Source: an uncultured bacterium
GTDB lineage: Bacteria; Verrucomicrobiota; Verrucomicrobiia; Verrucomicrobiales; DEV007
Assembly (NCBI GenBank): GCA_963977015.1
Contig: CAXBMO010000014.1
Span: forward strand, 111,784 to 175,783
DNA: 64,000 bases
Reading direction: 5' to 3'
Position numbers and translations under genes: made by a program. Under the pieces are notes generated by a model. It made no database searches, was not told the origin of the DNA, and worked only from the letters and a program-made list of their open reading frames with translations. Every line of letters begins with the position of its first letter. Within the stretch, counting starts at the first letter, position 1. Shown piece after piece: positions 11,401 to 26,400 of the stretch.

Positions 11401-14400
11401 CTTCTGATCGACGACAGCCCTGCGATCACCTTTGCCAACAACCCGTCCGCAGGTTTCGCGGGCATCACTGGGGCCTACGTTTTGCCGGGGGCCCTCGGCG
11501 GTTCGGCAGATAGCCAACGCGGTGAGGCGGGGCTTGAGTTGCAAGCAGGCGGCGCTGACGAATCGCCATCTGACGTTGATCACGCGGCAACGGGCGTTCC
11601 TGATGTGGACGTCAGCGACGTTACGTTCGAGCTCTGGATCAAGCCCACTGATCTGACCGGTGACGAAGTGATTTGGGAAACGGGCGGCGGAACGGGGACG
11701 GGCTTCGCGCTGGAAGACAATCTTCTGGCGTTTCAAGTAATCAGTAGCGGCAACAACGCCCGGGTAACCTACGATCTCAGCGGCGATCCCCTGACCATCT
11801 TCGGCGGCGGCGCGGCGACCGACGATTTCATCCAGGTCACCGGCACGATCAACATGGCGACGGATACCATCGAGTTGTTCGTCAACGGTACATCGGTAGG
11901 CTCCGACGTGAAGCCGTCCGCCATTAATGATTGGGACGGCGGTGATCCGTCGGGTCTTGGCACGGTTGGCGGTGGCAACATGGGCGGTTACGGCGGCGGA
12001 GCGCAGAGTTTTCGGCCGTTGGACGGCCAGATTTCGGTTTTCCGTCTCTACAGCGGAATTCTGGATCAAACCGACATCCAGACGAATTTTAGCGCGGTTC
12101 AGGCCGGCGGTCAGACCGAGATTTCGCTGCGGACGTCCGGTGATCAGACCTTTGGGAACACGCTCTCGCTCGGCATCGCCACGGTGGTGGAAGGCAACGA
12201 CGTGACTTTCAATGGCACGATCGATGCCGACCCGGCTTCGGCGGCGCTCGGCGCCCTCACGGTCAACACGACCGGTGGCGGCGTGACCGATTTCAACGGC
12301 GTGATCGGCGGGACAGCGGCGCTCGGCGGCTTGGCCACGAATGCGGACGGAGCGGTCACGCTCGACAGCACCGGAATCACTTCGGTCGGGGCGATCGACT
12401 TCGCCGACAACTTCACCGCGAGCGTCAACACTACGTTTGACGCCGCAACGGTCACGTTCGGTGGGACCAGCACTTTTCTCGGAACAGCGACGATCAACGC
12501 GATCAGCGCGACATTCACCGGGAACGCGACCTTCAACGCGCTCACCGATCTCAACATCGGCGGCGATCTCGACTTCTTGGCCGCTGCTGACTTCAACGCA
12601 GTCTCCGACCTCGATGTGAGCGACAACGCGACCTTCGCGGGTGCGGTCACGATCGGCGGCGCGGCCACGGTCGACGCGCAGGACATCACCTATTCCTCGA
12701 CGATCGACTCGACGGTTGGCACGAATCAGTCGCTGACCCTGACCACGACTGGAAGCGGCGTGACCACGGTCGACGGCGTGGTTGGCGGGACCGACGCGCT
12801 CGACTCACTTGTCATCAGCGGCGGCTCGCGGGCGGATATTGGCGCGGGAACGATCGGCTTGGGCGGTACTGGCGTCCTAACGTTCAATACGGCGGTTAGT
12901 CTGACGTCGAACCTCGTCATCACCGATGACGGGACTGGCGATACGACCTTCAACTCGACGCTCGACGGCGCGTTCGCGCTGACGGTGAACACGCCGGGCG
13001 GCGGCAACACCTTTTTCAAGGGAAACGTCGGCGCGACGACCGCGCTGACCTCGGTGACGACCGACGCAATTGGTGGCACTGAAATCAGCGGAATCCCAGC
13101 GGTTCCGAACGGCAATTTGCTGCTGAATTTCGACGCGGACCGCGAGACGGCGGCAGCCGCCGGCATTTTCGAAGGCCTGCTCTTCGGAGCGAACGACGCC
13201 GAGCGATTCTCCAATATGGGCGCCACCGGAATCACTTTTGGAGCGGCGGCGACCTCGTTGGGCGGAATCCGGAGCGCCTACAGCTTCGACGGAACGTCTC
13301 GTGGAACCTCGGACGCGCTCGCGACGCTTCCCGGAAACCCGACGGATACCGACGCCGCTCTGGAATTCTGGATCAGGCCTGACACGACCAACGCCGGTTC
13401 GACCTACCTGATTTACGAAACTGGCGGAAGCGGAACCGGCACGTCGGTGGTCTACGACGTGGACACCGACACGGTCACGTGGACGGTTGACGACGATTCC
13501 GTGCAGCGCTCGGTCAGCGGAGCGCTCGGCGCGGCAGACGGTGAATTCCATCAGGTGTTTCTGACTTACGATCGCGACAATTCGAACCGCGACATCCTCA
13601 CGCTTTACGTCGATGGGGTGTTCCTCGACGACAACATCTCGGGCACCAGCGATCCGGATGACGCGACGGACGTCAACACCAACAGCATCAACAACCTGGA
13701 CGGCACCGATGGCGCTGGCCTAGGGGGCGTGAACAACGACGTCGCCGCTACGACCCCTGCTTCGACCAATTACATCGGCGAGATCGCCAAGATGCGGTTC
13801 TACACCAACGCGGTCGCTCAGGCTGGGATCCAAGCGAACTACGACGCGGTGGCGAATCATGTGACGACGGTCACGACCTCCGGCGACCAGACATACGGCG
13901 ACGCGGTCACGCTGGCGAATGACGTCACGATTTCGGCGAACGACGCCACCTTCAGCTCCACGGTCGACACCGCGACCGGGGCGATCCAGGCGGCTCTGAC
14001 CGTGAACACCACTGGCGGCGGGGTCACAACCTTTGGCGGCGCGGTTGGTGCGACCGGCCCCCTGGGCAATCTGACAACGAACTTCGACGGACGGACCGAC
14101 ATTGCCGGCAGCATCACGACCACCGCAAATCAAACCTATGGCGACGCGGTGACGATTCTGGCCGACGCGACCCTCACGGGCGTCGATGTGACCTTCGGAT
14201 GGACGCTTGATGAAGGCGCTGGAGCGACCGGGTCGAACCTTACGGTCAATGCGAGCGGCACAACCCGTTTCGCCGCCGATGTGGGCGGCATCACCCAACT
14301 CGACAGTCTAGCTACTGACAGCGCGGGCACCACCGTGTTCGGCAACACTCTCGGGACGGCGAATGAGCTCTTCCTTCCATTGGAAAGCCAATCCGGCGGT

Positions 14401-17400
14401 CTGACGGCCGACACCTCGGGCAACGGACGCACCGGCACGTTGAACGGTGACGCCGTGATCGCAGCGGGAACCGTCGGCAATGCCGTCGATCTGGATGGGA
14501 GCGGCGACTATGTTCAGGTAACGGGTTATCGTGGCGTAACCGGTTCCGCGCCTCGCACCATGGCCGCGTGGATCAATTCAGCCTCGCCAAATGGCGACGA
14601 CGCCATCATGTCGTGGGGACTTGATACCTCGGGTGAAAAGTGGGTTTTCCGCTTGGCGTCCCAACACTTGCGAGTCGAAACGGCGAATGGAGGAATCGAA
14701 TCAAATGAGGCAACTCCAATAACCGCGAACACCTGGCACCATGTCGCCGCCGTCTATGATGGTTCGGGAGACCACAACGGAATCACCTTTTACGTGGACG
14801 GAGTGCTTCAGGGAACCGGAACGAACAGCGGGGCCACGGTCGATACGGCCGAGTCGGCCGATGTCGTTATCGGAAGAGATTCTTTCAACACCACCAGAGA
14901 TTTTGACGGTCTCATCGACGAGTCGGGAATCTGGAGCCGGGCGCTTTCCGCGGAGGAAATCGCGGTGCTCGCCGGGATCGGCACGCATACGCCGGTCACG
15001 GTCAATACGGCGGGAACGCAGACCTATGGCGATGCCGTCGTTCTCGAAGCAACGACGACGCTCAGCGGGACCGACGTCACCGCGTCGTCCACTGTCGGAC
15101 TTGGCTCCAGCGATCTCACCGTCGACGTTAGCGGCACGGTCAGCGGGATCGCGGGCGAGGTTTCGGGAAGCGGCGATCTCACCCTTGAGAGCACGGCGGG
15201 AACGGGCGTTTTCGCCCTCGATAACGACACGGGCAACTCCTACACGGGGAACACCGTCGTGAACGGCGGGTCGCTTCTCGCGGAAAACCAGACCAGCGGA
15301 TCGGCCACCGGGATTGGAACGGTCACGGTGAACTCTGGCGCGACGCTCGGCGGCGACGGCGCGGTCGCAGGAACGGTCACGGTCGTCGGCGGAACGGTCA
15401 GTCCGGAATTGGGACTGGCGGAGGACCTTGGAACCGGATCGCTGACTCTCGACAGCGCTTCGACGGTCACCTTCCAGATCAACGGCTTAACGCCGGGCGT
15501 CAACGCGGGCTACGACCAACTCGACGTCACCGGAACGGTCGATCTGAATTCCGATCTCGGCGCGGGCGCGACCCTGGACCTGACCTTAAACGCTGGCGTG
15601 AACCCGGCCGATGGTGCGATCTTCATCCTGATCGACAACGACGGCGATCACACCACCGATACAGTCTCCGGTGAATTCGACGGTCTGCCGAATGGATCCG
15701 TGATCACGCTGAATGACGGGACCAACGACTACGTCTTCACGATCCATTATGACAAAGAAACCGCGGAGACCGACACGAACGGCAACAACGTGGTTCTCGT
15801 CAGCCACGGAATCGCCGAGACCAGTGTGGAGCTGGTTTCAAACGGGAGCACGCTCGATCTTGTCATTACCGATATCAGTCAGGAATCGCCCGAACTACTC
15901 GACATCTCGATTCAGAACATCGGTGGAACCGATTATTACGTCATCAAGGACACCAATTCGCCTGAGTTGGCGATGACGACGTCGATCGCGGCTGCTGACG
16001 CGAACCGGATCAGCCAGAACGAGATTCACGTTAAAGTGAGCGCGGTCACTGGCGGGCTGATCGTGAACAGCGATTACTCGGGCGACGTAGGCGACAACGG
16101 CACGGACGTATTCACGTTCAGCGGATCGAACGCGTTTACCTTCGCGGGACCGATCACGGTCAACGCGGAGACGATCAACCTGCCTTTGGACCTCACCGCC
16201 GGGACGGCCGAGGACATCACGTTGAACGGTTCGGTGGTTTTGGGCGCGAGCGTGAAACTTACCGCGGCCAACGTGGTTCTCGCAGACAGCGTGAGCCTGG
16301 GAGCGAACGACCTGACGGTGGATGTCTCCGACGCCTCCAGCAGCACGGGCGGCGGGATTTCCGGCACGGGACAGTTCATCAAGCAGGGCGTCGGAACGTT
16401 GACTCTGACCGGGACCGCGGCGGGCAACAACTCTTACACTGGCCTGACGCATGTGCAGGGCGGAACGCTGGTGCTTGGCACTGGATTCGGCGGCGACGGC
16501 GGGATTCGTGGAAACATCACGGTGGAAAACACCGCCACGATGCGGCTCGACATCAATAACCGGATCATCAACTCCTCGATCATCACCGTTAACGCCGGGG
16601 GAACCTTTGATTTCAACAACAACGGCGATGCGATCGGCTACCTCGCCGGGGCGGGCTCGATCGACCTCGGTTCGGCCACGGTCCTACTCGATATGCCCAA
16701 CACGGGCAGCGGTTCGGATTTCAGCGGAGACATCAGCGGGACCGGTGGATTGACCCTGCGCGGGAATTCCGGAGGACCGACCAACCGGCAGATCCTGAGC
16801 GGGGACAGCAATTACAGCGGCGCGACCACCGTCAGCAAAGGCGTTCTGGAGATCGGCCACAACAATGCGCTGGGCACGGCCGCGGGCGGCACGACCGTCG
16901 CCAATGACGCGAAATTGGAAATCAATGGCGGCGCCGGCGATCTGACCATCGCGGAAAACATCACTGTCGGCAGTGGCAGCGGCGGAATTCGCAACATCGC
17001 GGGCGACAACACCATTACCGGGGCGGTCATCCTGAGCGCGAGTGCGGATTTCCAGGAAGACACCGGGTCCCTGACTTTCACCGGTGGAATCAGCAGCACG
17101 GCGAACGAATCGGTCAACCTCAACGGGACGTTCCACATCACCAACAGCACGATCGATCTGAACGACGGGACGCTGACGGTCACGGGCAACGGCCACAGCG
17201 TGGCTGCGGCTTCAACCATTGACGTGGCGGGCAACGACTTTGCGCTGCTTTTGATTCACTCAGACGGTTACCTGCAGATCGGCGCGGCGAATGTCCTGCC
17301 ATCAGATGCGGACGTCGAATTCGGCGCGAGCACGCAGATTTTGTCTTCGGGCACGCTCGACCTCAACGGCTTTGACCAGACTGTCGGATCGATCGGCGTG

Positions 17401-20400
17401 AATTCGCTATCCATGGATTTGGCGGGCGATCAGAACATCACCGGCGGTGGCGTGCTAACGGTGAATCAGTCGGCGAACACCGAATATCAGGGCCGGATCA
17501 CGAATGGCGCGACCGCGACCAGTCTGGTGAAGAGTGGCGTGGGCACGCTGATTCTCAAAAACCTCAGCGGCACGGCCACGAACAATACGGGCGAGACCAT
17601 CGTAAACGCCGGCGTCCTTCAGTTCGGCGATGGCGACGGCGCCGCCGACACGGGCAGCATCCCGCAGGGCGATCTCACGGTGAACAACGGCGGAACTGTC
17701 TCCATGCAAACCGACGCGTTCAACGGCTTCAACACCGGTCGAACGATCACGATCAACGATGGCGGAACGGTGTCAGCGGACAACTCGACCAAGAACGCAT
17801 TTAACATCGGCGCGCTGGTGCTGAACGGCGGCACGTTGACCTCGGCGAACGGCGTCGGAGGCCCGGCAAACGATAGCGGGTACGGAAACTGGATTTTCCG
17901 CGGCGTGACCGTCGGCGGAACCACGCAATCCACGATCAGCGCAACTCAAGTCGCGATCCAAAGCGGCGGGTTTGACGTTGCGGACGCTGTCGCTGGCTCG
18001 AACACGGATCTGCTCGTCTCCGGGGCGATCATCGACATCAGTAGCGGGCTCAGCACGATAACCAAAACCGGCGTGGGCACCATGACCCTGACCGGAGCCA
18101 ACACTTACACCGGTGCGACGACCGTGACCGCCGGGACCTTCCAGGTGGACGGCGGTTCGATTACCCAGACGGACTCGATCGCAATCGATGCGGGGATCCT
18201 GCAAGTGATCAACGGCGGCAGCGTGAATGTGACCAATGGCGTCACCAACGGCGCGGGCGAGGGGCAACTGTGGGTGGACGATGGGACCATGACGGTGGGC
18301 GACGGCTTCGACGTCGATGACCTGCGGGTTGGAGCCAACACGGGCACCGCGACTATCACGGTAAGTGACGGCGATGTTGTGATTGGTGATGGCGATGGCC
18401 AGTTCCTGATTGGCTATCGAGAAGATGGGATGCCAGTAGGATCTACGGTTGGCACTGTCGATTTTTCAGGAGCCGATTCCGTGACGATCTCGGTAACGGA
18501 TGTGTTGGCCGGGTACAGTGCGCCGGTATCGACGGGAAGCGTTGGCAGCTCCGAGGGAGCACTGACGTTGTCGACCTCGGGGGATAATACGGTGACGGCT
18601 GACAACGTTCGGCTGGGGTACACGAATTCTGCCAACAATCAGGGTGCCATCAGAACCTTTCTTCATCTGGGCGGCGCGGCTAACACCTTTGACGTCGATA
18701 CCTTTGTGGTCGGCGATCTGAAAAGCGCGGCCACCGTGGATATCGTCAGCGGAGGAACGTTCACCCTGAGCGGGAACGTGAACGCGGAGACGGACTTGCG
18801 CATTGGGGACAATAATGCGTCCGGAACGGGGACCAATCCAGCGTCCAGTCACCTAAATCTCGCCGGTGGAACTTTCAATGCAACTTTGGACCAACTCGCC
18901 ATTGGACTGCACAATAGTGGCAATGGAAGTGGAAAAGGAGAGCTGACCTTTGAAGCGGGCACGGTCTCCGCCACCACCATCGTCCTCGCCGACACCGACA
19001 TTGGAGGCTCGTCTACGAACGATGCCGCTACGCAGGGAGCGATCAATTTGAACGGCGGCGTTCTCCAGTTCGGCAACCTGAGCAACGGAGGCGGAACGTC
19101 GGACTTCAATTGGAGCGCGGGCACGATTCAGAACCTGAGCGGTCAAGACCTGGTCAATGTCGATGTAGACATCAATTTGATCGGAACCGGTTCGCACACC
19201 ATCACGATCGATAACGGCCAAACGGGAACTTTCCAGGCTGCTGCGCAAATCACTGGCGGAGCGGGCGGTGTATTGGTCAAAGACGGCGAGGGTGCGTTGA
19301 GCCTGATGGCGGCCAACACCTACACTGCTGCGACCAACGTGGACCTGGGCGAACTGGTATTCGATGGGGGTTCGGTGGTTGCGACGGATTCGGTCGCGAT
19401 CGACGCGGGAACGCTTCAGGTCATCAACGGCGGCAGTGTCAACGTTTCCAACGGCGTCACCAACGGGGCGGGTGCCGGGCAGTTGTTGGTCGACGAAGGG
19501 ACGATGACTGTGGCTGACGGTTTCGCCGTCGATACGTTGCGGGTCGGCGAGAATGCGACGAGCGACTCGAATCTGACGGTCAGTGCTGGCGTGGTCACCA
19601 TTGGCAACGGCGCTGAAACATTGACCATCGGCCATCGCGGGATCGACACCGGCACGACGGCGGCGTTCACTGCGACCGTCGATTTTTCAGCGGCGAGTTC
19701 GATCGATATCAGCGTTGGCGACGCGACGTTGGGAACGCTGGGCTCAAGCGGCACACCCGACCCGGGGTCGGAAGGAATCGCGAACGGGATTCTGATGCTT
19801 TCGGACGCGGGAACCAACAACTTCACCGCCGACTCGGTCCTGATCGGCGATTCGGCGATTCGTGGCAACGAAAGCGACACGATCGTCTCGGCGATCGCGT
19901 TTGGCGGCGCGACCAACAACTTCGACGTCGACACTCTGACGGTCGGCGGTCAGAAGGGGATGGGGCAGATCACCGTCGATGCGGGTGGCACCCTCAATCT
20001 GACAGGCCGGAACAACGCCGGCGACGTGGTCGATGCATTCCTCGGATTTAACGTTACCGGGTCCACGGGCACCAATTCGCGTGGTGAGATCGACACGACA
20101 GGCGCAAGCTTGGTCGCGACGTTTGGCTCGCTGCAAATGGGCCGCCACGGTTCCGGCAGCGGCGACGGTCGGGGGATTTTGATGTTTGACGCGGGAACAG
20201 TGACCGCCGACACCATCGTGCTTGGGACCGGCGCCGCGAATTCATTTGGCACAATCAATCAAGGTGGAGGCACGTTCACGGTGGCCAACGGCGTAACCGA
20301 AAGCCGGAACAGTGCAATCAACGTGACGGACGGAGATTTCGTGGTGACTGCGGGAGGTTTGCAGGTGGACGACCTGTTGGTTGGCCAGAACAGCACGACT

Positions 20401-23400
20401 GCGACGCTCACGGTGAACGCGGGTGCGGTCGTTGTGGGGGACGGCGGGGGCAACTTCGACATTGGGCGGAGCACCAACGCGACCACCTTGGGAACGGTTG
20501 ATTTCAGCAACGCGGATTCGGTTACGATCGACGTCACCAATGTCCGGCACGGCACCAATGGCTTGGGGAGCAACACTTCCGAAGGCGATTTGACCCTGTC
20601 GGCAGCCGGGGGCAACTCGGTGACCGCTACGAGTTACATGATGGGCTTCACCGAAGGAGGCGGCAACCAATCGGTGGTTAGCGAACTTCATCTCGGCGGT
20701 GGCGCCAACGATTTCAACGTCGACACCTTCACGGTGGGTGGGCGCAAGAGTTCGGCCTCGATCGACATCGTGGCCGGGGGCGTCCTCACCTTGAGCGGAG
20801 ACGCCAACGTGGCAGCTGATCTGCTCATCGGCTATAACGACAGCACGGGAACGGGGACGGCTCCGGCCAGCACGGTCGACCTTACCGGAGGTACCTTCAA
20901 TGCAACTTTGGATAGGCTGACCATCGGCTTGCACGGCGGCGGGGCGGGGAGTGGAGACGGAACATTGATCTTTGAGGCAGGGACCGTGACGGCAAATTCC
21001 GTGATCCTGGCGGACGCCGACGCAGGCGGATCGTCCTCCAATGATGCCAACACGGACGGCACGCTCGAGTTGCTCGGCGGTTTATTGGACGTGCAGGGCG
21101 GCTCCATCACCGACGGCGGAGGCTCCGATGTGTTCACCTTCACCGGCGGCACGCTGCGAGATGTTTTGTCGACCAACTTCGCGCTCGTCCAGAACGGCTC
21201 AGGCAGCCTGCTCGACATCGGTGCGGAGGACGCGGCGGGCACCACGACGATCGGCGGCGACTACACGCTGACTGCGGGCGCGGTCCACTTCGACCTGCTG
21301 GGCCTGGGTGGTCCCGGGGCGGTCGACGGTCATGATCAATTGATCGTCAACGGCGCGGTAAACCTGAACATCACCGATGCGAACATCACCTTTGACCTAA
21401 GCGGCTACGCCCCGGCTTTGGGCGATCCGGACATCGTGCTGATTTTGAACGACACTGGCAGTCCGGGCGACGCGGTCGCCGGTTTTTTTGCGAATCACCC
21501 GGATGCCGACGGAGCGGGTGCGGGCACCGTCAGCGAAGCCTTCAACCTCAACGACGGGACGAACGACTACGTGTTCCGCATCAACTACGCGGGTGGAGAC
21601 GGCAACGACGTGGTGCTGGAAAGCTTTGGCGTGGCCGAGACAGAGGTATCGCTGGACGGCGTCGGCAACCTGGTGATCACCGACATCAATGGCGGATTGT
21701 CGCTGGACGACCTGACGATTCAAGCGGACACGGCCAACAGCCGTTACGTGATTTCTGATCCCAACCTGGCGATCACCACCACGCCAGGCGGCGGACGTTC
21801 ACCGGTTCCCAATATCGTAAGGGTTGACGGCAACACGGTTTACGTGCCGTTTGCCAGCGTTACCGGTTCCCAGATCATCGTCAACAGCCTGGGCGGAGCC
21901 GATTCGCTCACGCTCGACACTCTGGAGGATTTTGTGGATACGGTGGACTATCAGGCGGGAGATCCCACGGCGGCGCCGGGCGATTCGTTGACGATTGATA
22001 GTTCCACCTTTGGTACCGTGACCCATAATCTGACGGGACCCGATGCCGGAAATCTGGAAATTGGCACCCTCGCCGGGGCCGAAGTGACCTACACCGGCCT
22101 GGAGCCGGTCGACATGACCGGCAGCACGGCGACGGAATACGTGTTCAACCTGCCAACGAGTGGGGATCAGGCTCAACTCAGCGATATTGGCGGGGGCAAC
22201 CTGCGTTTGGAGAGCTTGAACGCGAGCTTCGAGACGACTGATTTCGCGACGCCGAGCGGTTCGATTACGATCAACGGGGCGGCGGGCGACTCCTTGGCAT
22301 TGTCCACCGCGATCGACCTGAGCGCGACCAACACCGCGCTGGTCTTCAATGTTCCCACCATCAACCTGAACGGTACGCAGGTATCCAACGGGACGGCGGA
22401 CCAGACCTACAACGGCAGTGTGACCTTCGGGGCGAGCCAGACGCTGGACGCCGCCAACATCACCTTTCAAAACGGCACCACCACGTTCGACGGAGTCAAC
22501 GTGACCATCGACGTGACCGGCGCTGCCACGAGCGATGCTGGCAATCACCTCGACTTCCAGGATGGCGATCTGATCCTGGCGAATGGCAGCAGCTTCGTTA
22601 GCAACGGGACCGCGGAGTATCGGTTAGGCACCGGATTCTTCGAGTTCCGCGGCACGGGGACGTTTACCAACAACGGCACCTTCAACCACAGCGCTGCTGG
22701 AAACAGTGATAACCTGGAATTGTTCGACAGCTTCACCTTTCAGAACAACGGCACTTACGACTTTCAGGAACGGGGCGACATCCGGTTGAGGGGAACGTCC
22801 ACCTTCAACAATGCTGGTCTGGTCGTCAAATCTGTGGCTGGAACCGACCAGTCCTTCATCTTCGGCTTATCCACGGACGGAGACAATGGCACCTTCCACA
22901 ACCTCGCGGCTGGTGAAGTGCGCGGCAATGCCGGCACCCTCAACATCGCGACCGGTGGCGGCGGGGCGAACAACAGCAATATCAGTGATGCCCTTTCCAC
23001 TTGGACTGCCGACGGCGGCAACGTGCAGCTCAGCGGGTTCAACTCTTGGGAAGGAACGTTCAACGGTTCTGCCTCGGGTTCGAGCTACATCACGATCGAG
23101 GACAACGCCAGTGCTGCCGGAGCTGACGATTTCGAGGTTGGCGCTGCGGGTGTAACCTTCAACATCACCGGAAACGGAGTTCTGTGGAGCGATGACGACA
23201 TCGATACCAACGGCAACACCGTGACCAACCTGGGCGTGCTGACTGTGGTCGCCGGTGAAACCAAGGAGTTGAAAGGCGGCGGCGAACTCGTCACCGGCAA
23301 CGGCGGTACGACCACGCTCGCAAGCACGGTGACTTCGGTTGGCGGATCGACCTTCCGGGTTCTGGCGGGTGGCCTGCTCGAGGGCAGCGGCGCCTTCACC

Positions 23401-26400
23401 GGCGCGATTCTCTCCGAGGGGGGCAACGTGGCTCCGGGAATTTCAACCGGGGACGTCACCGATGACCTCGGTTCTGGCAATTTAACCTTGGACAGTGCCA
23501 CGACCTTCACGGTGGAACTGGGAGGAACCACCGAGAACACGGATTACGACCAGGTGGACGTGACCGGAGCGGTGAATATCAATTCGAATGCAAACGCGGC
23601 AGGCGGCGCGTTGCTGGATCTTTCGCTGGTCGGCGGATTCGCCCCGACGGCTGGGAACACCTTTACGATCGTCAACAACGACGACGTAGACGGCATCACC
23701 ACCACATTCCAAACGATGGACGACGACCGTGGGTTGGTCGAGTTGACCGAGGGCAGCGCGTTTACCGCGGACGGCCACGTGTTCACCATCACCTACTTGG
23801 GCGGCACAGGAAACGACGTGGTTTTGACCGCAGCGGGTGAGGCCGAAACGCGGGTTAAGATCGACGGGGGTAATCTGGTGGTCGAGGACATCAACAACGA
23901 GTCTCCCGACAATTTGGAAATTTCGGTGCAGAACATCAGCGGCACTGACTACTTTGTGATCAAGGACGTCAACGCCACTCCGTTGACTTTGACGACGACG
24001 ATCGGGACCGGCGACGCCAATCGGATCAGCGCCAGCGAGATTCATGTGCGCGTTGATGCGGTGACTGCGGGTCTGGAAGTCAACACGGCCAATCCGACGG
24101 TGGGCGGCGCTGCCGACGCGGTTACCCTCGATCTTAGCGCGCTCCCTGCTCCGGGCAGCCTGAACGGCGCTGTCGACATCGAGGCGGAGACGATCAACCT
24201 GAATTCGGGCATCGACAGCAACGCCAGCAACCAGACCTACGACGGAGCGGTGATCCTGGGCACGGATGTCACTCTGAATGGAGGCAGTGTGACCTTTACC
24301 GAGACGGTCGATTCTGATGCGACTCCGAGAGCGTTGGTGGTCAACACGAGCGGTGGCGGGGTCACAACGTTCGGAGACTTGGTAGGCGAAACCTCCGCCC
24401 TGGCCTCGGTCACGACCAACGCGGACGGAACGCTTTTCCTCGGCGAAAACGTCACCACAGCTGGCGACCAGACCTACAACGAGGCTACCGCGACCTTGAC
24501 GGGCGCGGTGACGATGGCCGGGGTGAACATCACCCTGGGATCGGCGTTCTCCAATGCTGGGAACGGATTGGGGGTCGATGCCGAAACGATCGAGGTCTTG
24601 AACGGTATCGACGGTCAGGGCGGCTTGATTCGTTTGAACGCCAGTTCGACGACCGGGGTTGGAGTCCACATCCACACCGGGGCGGCGGTGACAACGTCTG
24701 GCGGCGGGACGATTTCCTTAACCGGAACCGGAGGCGGAGTTGGGAACCAGGGCGTTTTGATTGAGGCCGATGTGACGACGGAAAAGGGCAATCTTTCGAT
24801 CACCGGATCTTCCAGTGGAGACGACGGGGTGGCGATCGTGGGCGCGACGGTTTCGACGACCGGTCAGGGGATAATTCGGATTTCCGGCAGTGGCGGGGAC
24901 GGAAGCAGCACGTTTGCCGTCGACATCGACGGCGCGTCCGAAATTTCCACGGCGGACGGGACCATCTTTGTGGGAACGACGGCTGGCAGCGCCAGGATCG
25001 GTGGGAGCGTGGATTCCGGGGCGCATGCGCTCACCTTCGACAGCGCGGAGGACCTGAATCTCATCGACACCACAATTGTCGGCGGAATCATCGACCTTGA
25101 GGCGGACAACGACGTGAACATGACGTCCGCGACGAATATTACCGGTCCGGATGCGGCTCTCGGGAACGTGGCCATCCTCTCGCAGAATTTCGAGACGTTC
25201 CCCAACAACACTATTGAGTTGATCGAAGGTTGGCAGAACCAGTGGCTTCCCTACGAATCGATGGATTTCGTTTCGGATCGGAGTGGTACCCCAAGTGGCG
25301 GCACCGGGCCGAGTGGAGATCACACGACGGGGTCGGGGTATTATCTCTTCCTTGAGACATCCGGAACGGTAGCTGATGGAGAATATGCCAATCTTCTTTC
25401 GCCGGTAGTCGATTTGTCGGCTGAAACCGGTTCCCGCGTCGAGTTTTACTATCACATGTTTGGCATTGAGATGGGTGACCTCAATGTGGAAGGGACTTCC
25501 GACGGGGGCGCTACGTGGACGAACGTGTTTTCGGTGTCTGGAGATCAGGGCAACCAGTGGAATCAGGCCGATGTTGATCTCTCGACATTTGATGGGCAAT
25601 CTCAAGTCCAGTTGCGCATCACAGGCACCAAGGGAACGGGCTACCGTGGCGATATGGCCGTGGACGATTTTCGCTTCTATGCAAACAGCGGTGACCTTTT
25701 GGTAGAGAATTTTGACTCATTCGGACAGGGCCCAACCGGTAACCCGAGACCACAGCAAGTATTGCCGGCCGTTTCAGAATGGACCAATGTTCCCAGCACA
25801 ATCGATTGGAGAACCATTCGCGACAATACGCCCAGTGGCGGCACTGGAGCCAGCGACGACCATACCTTGGGCACCTCCAGCGGTACGTATTTGTTCATCG
25901 AGACATCTGATCCCGTTCTGGAGGGCCAAACTGCCAGGTTGCTTTCCCCGACCATCGATCTGAGCCAGCATTCCACGGCGAGCGTGGAGTTCTGGTTTCA
26001 CATGTGGAGCAATGCGAATCCGGATGAAATGGGCGAATTGAATGTCTATGGCAGCTCCGACGGGGGAACGAATTGGGATCTCTTGAATTCCGTCTCCGGC
26101 AACCAGGGAAATGCCTGGCATCAGGCTTCCATCAACCTGGATGCCTATGCAGGAAGTTCGCAGTTTGTTCTCCGGGTTGACGGGGTTGCCGGCGCCGTCA
26201 ATGCCTTGGCGGCCACCAGTTCTGGTTATCGTAGCGACATCTCGCTGGATGATTTCCGGTTCTTTGGCGATCCGGTTGCGAATACGAACATTTCCATCAC
26301 GGCCGATGCAAATGGGGACGCGAACGGATCGGGTGGTGCGATCAGCATGGCGGACGGTGCCGAAATTGATGCAGGCTCGGGCACGGTCACCCTCAGCGCA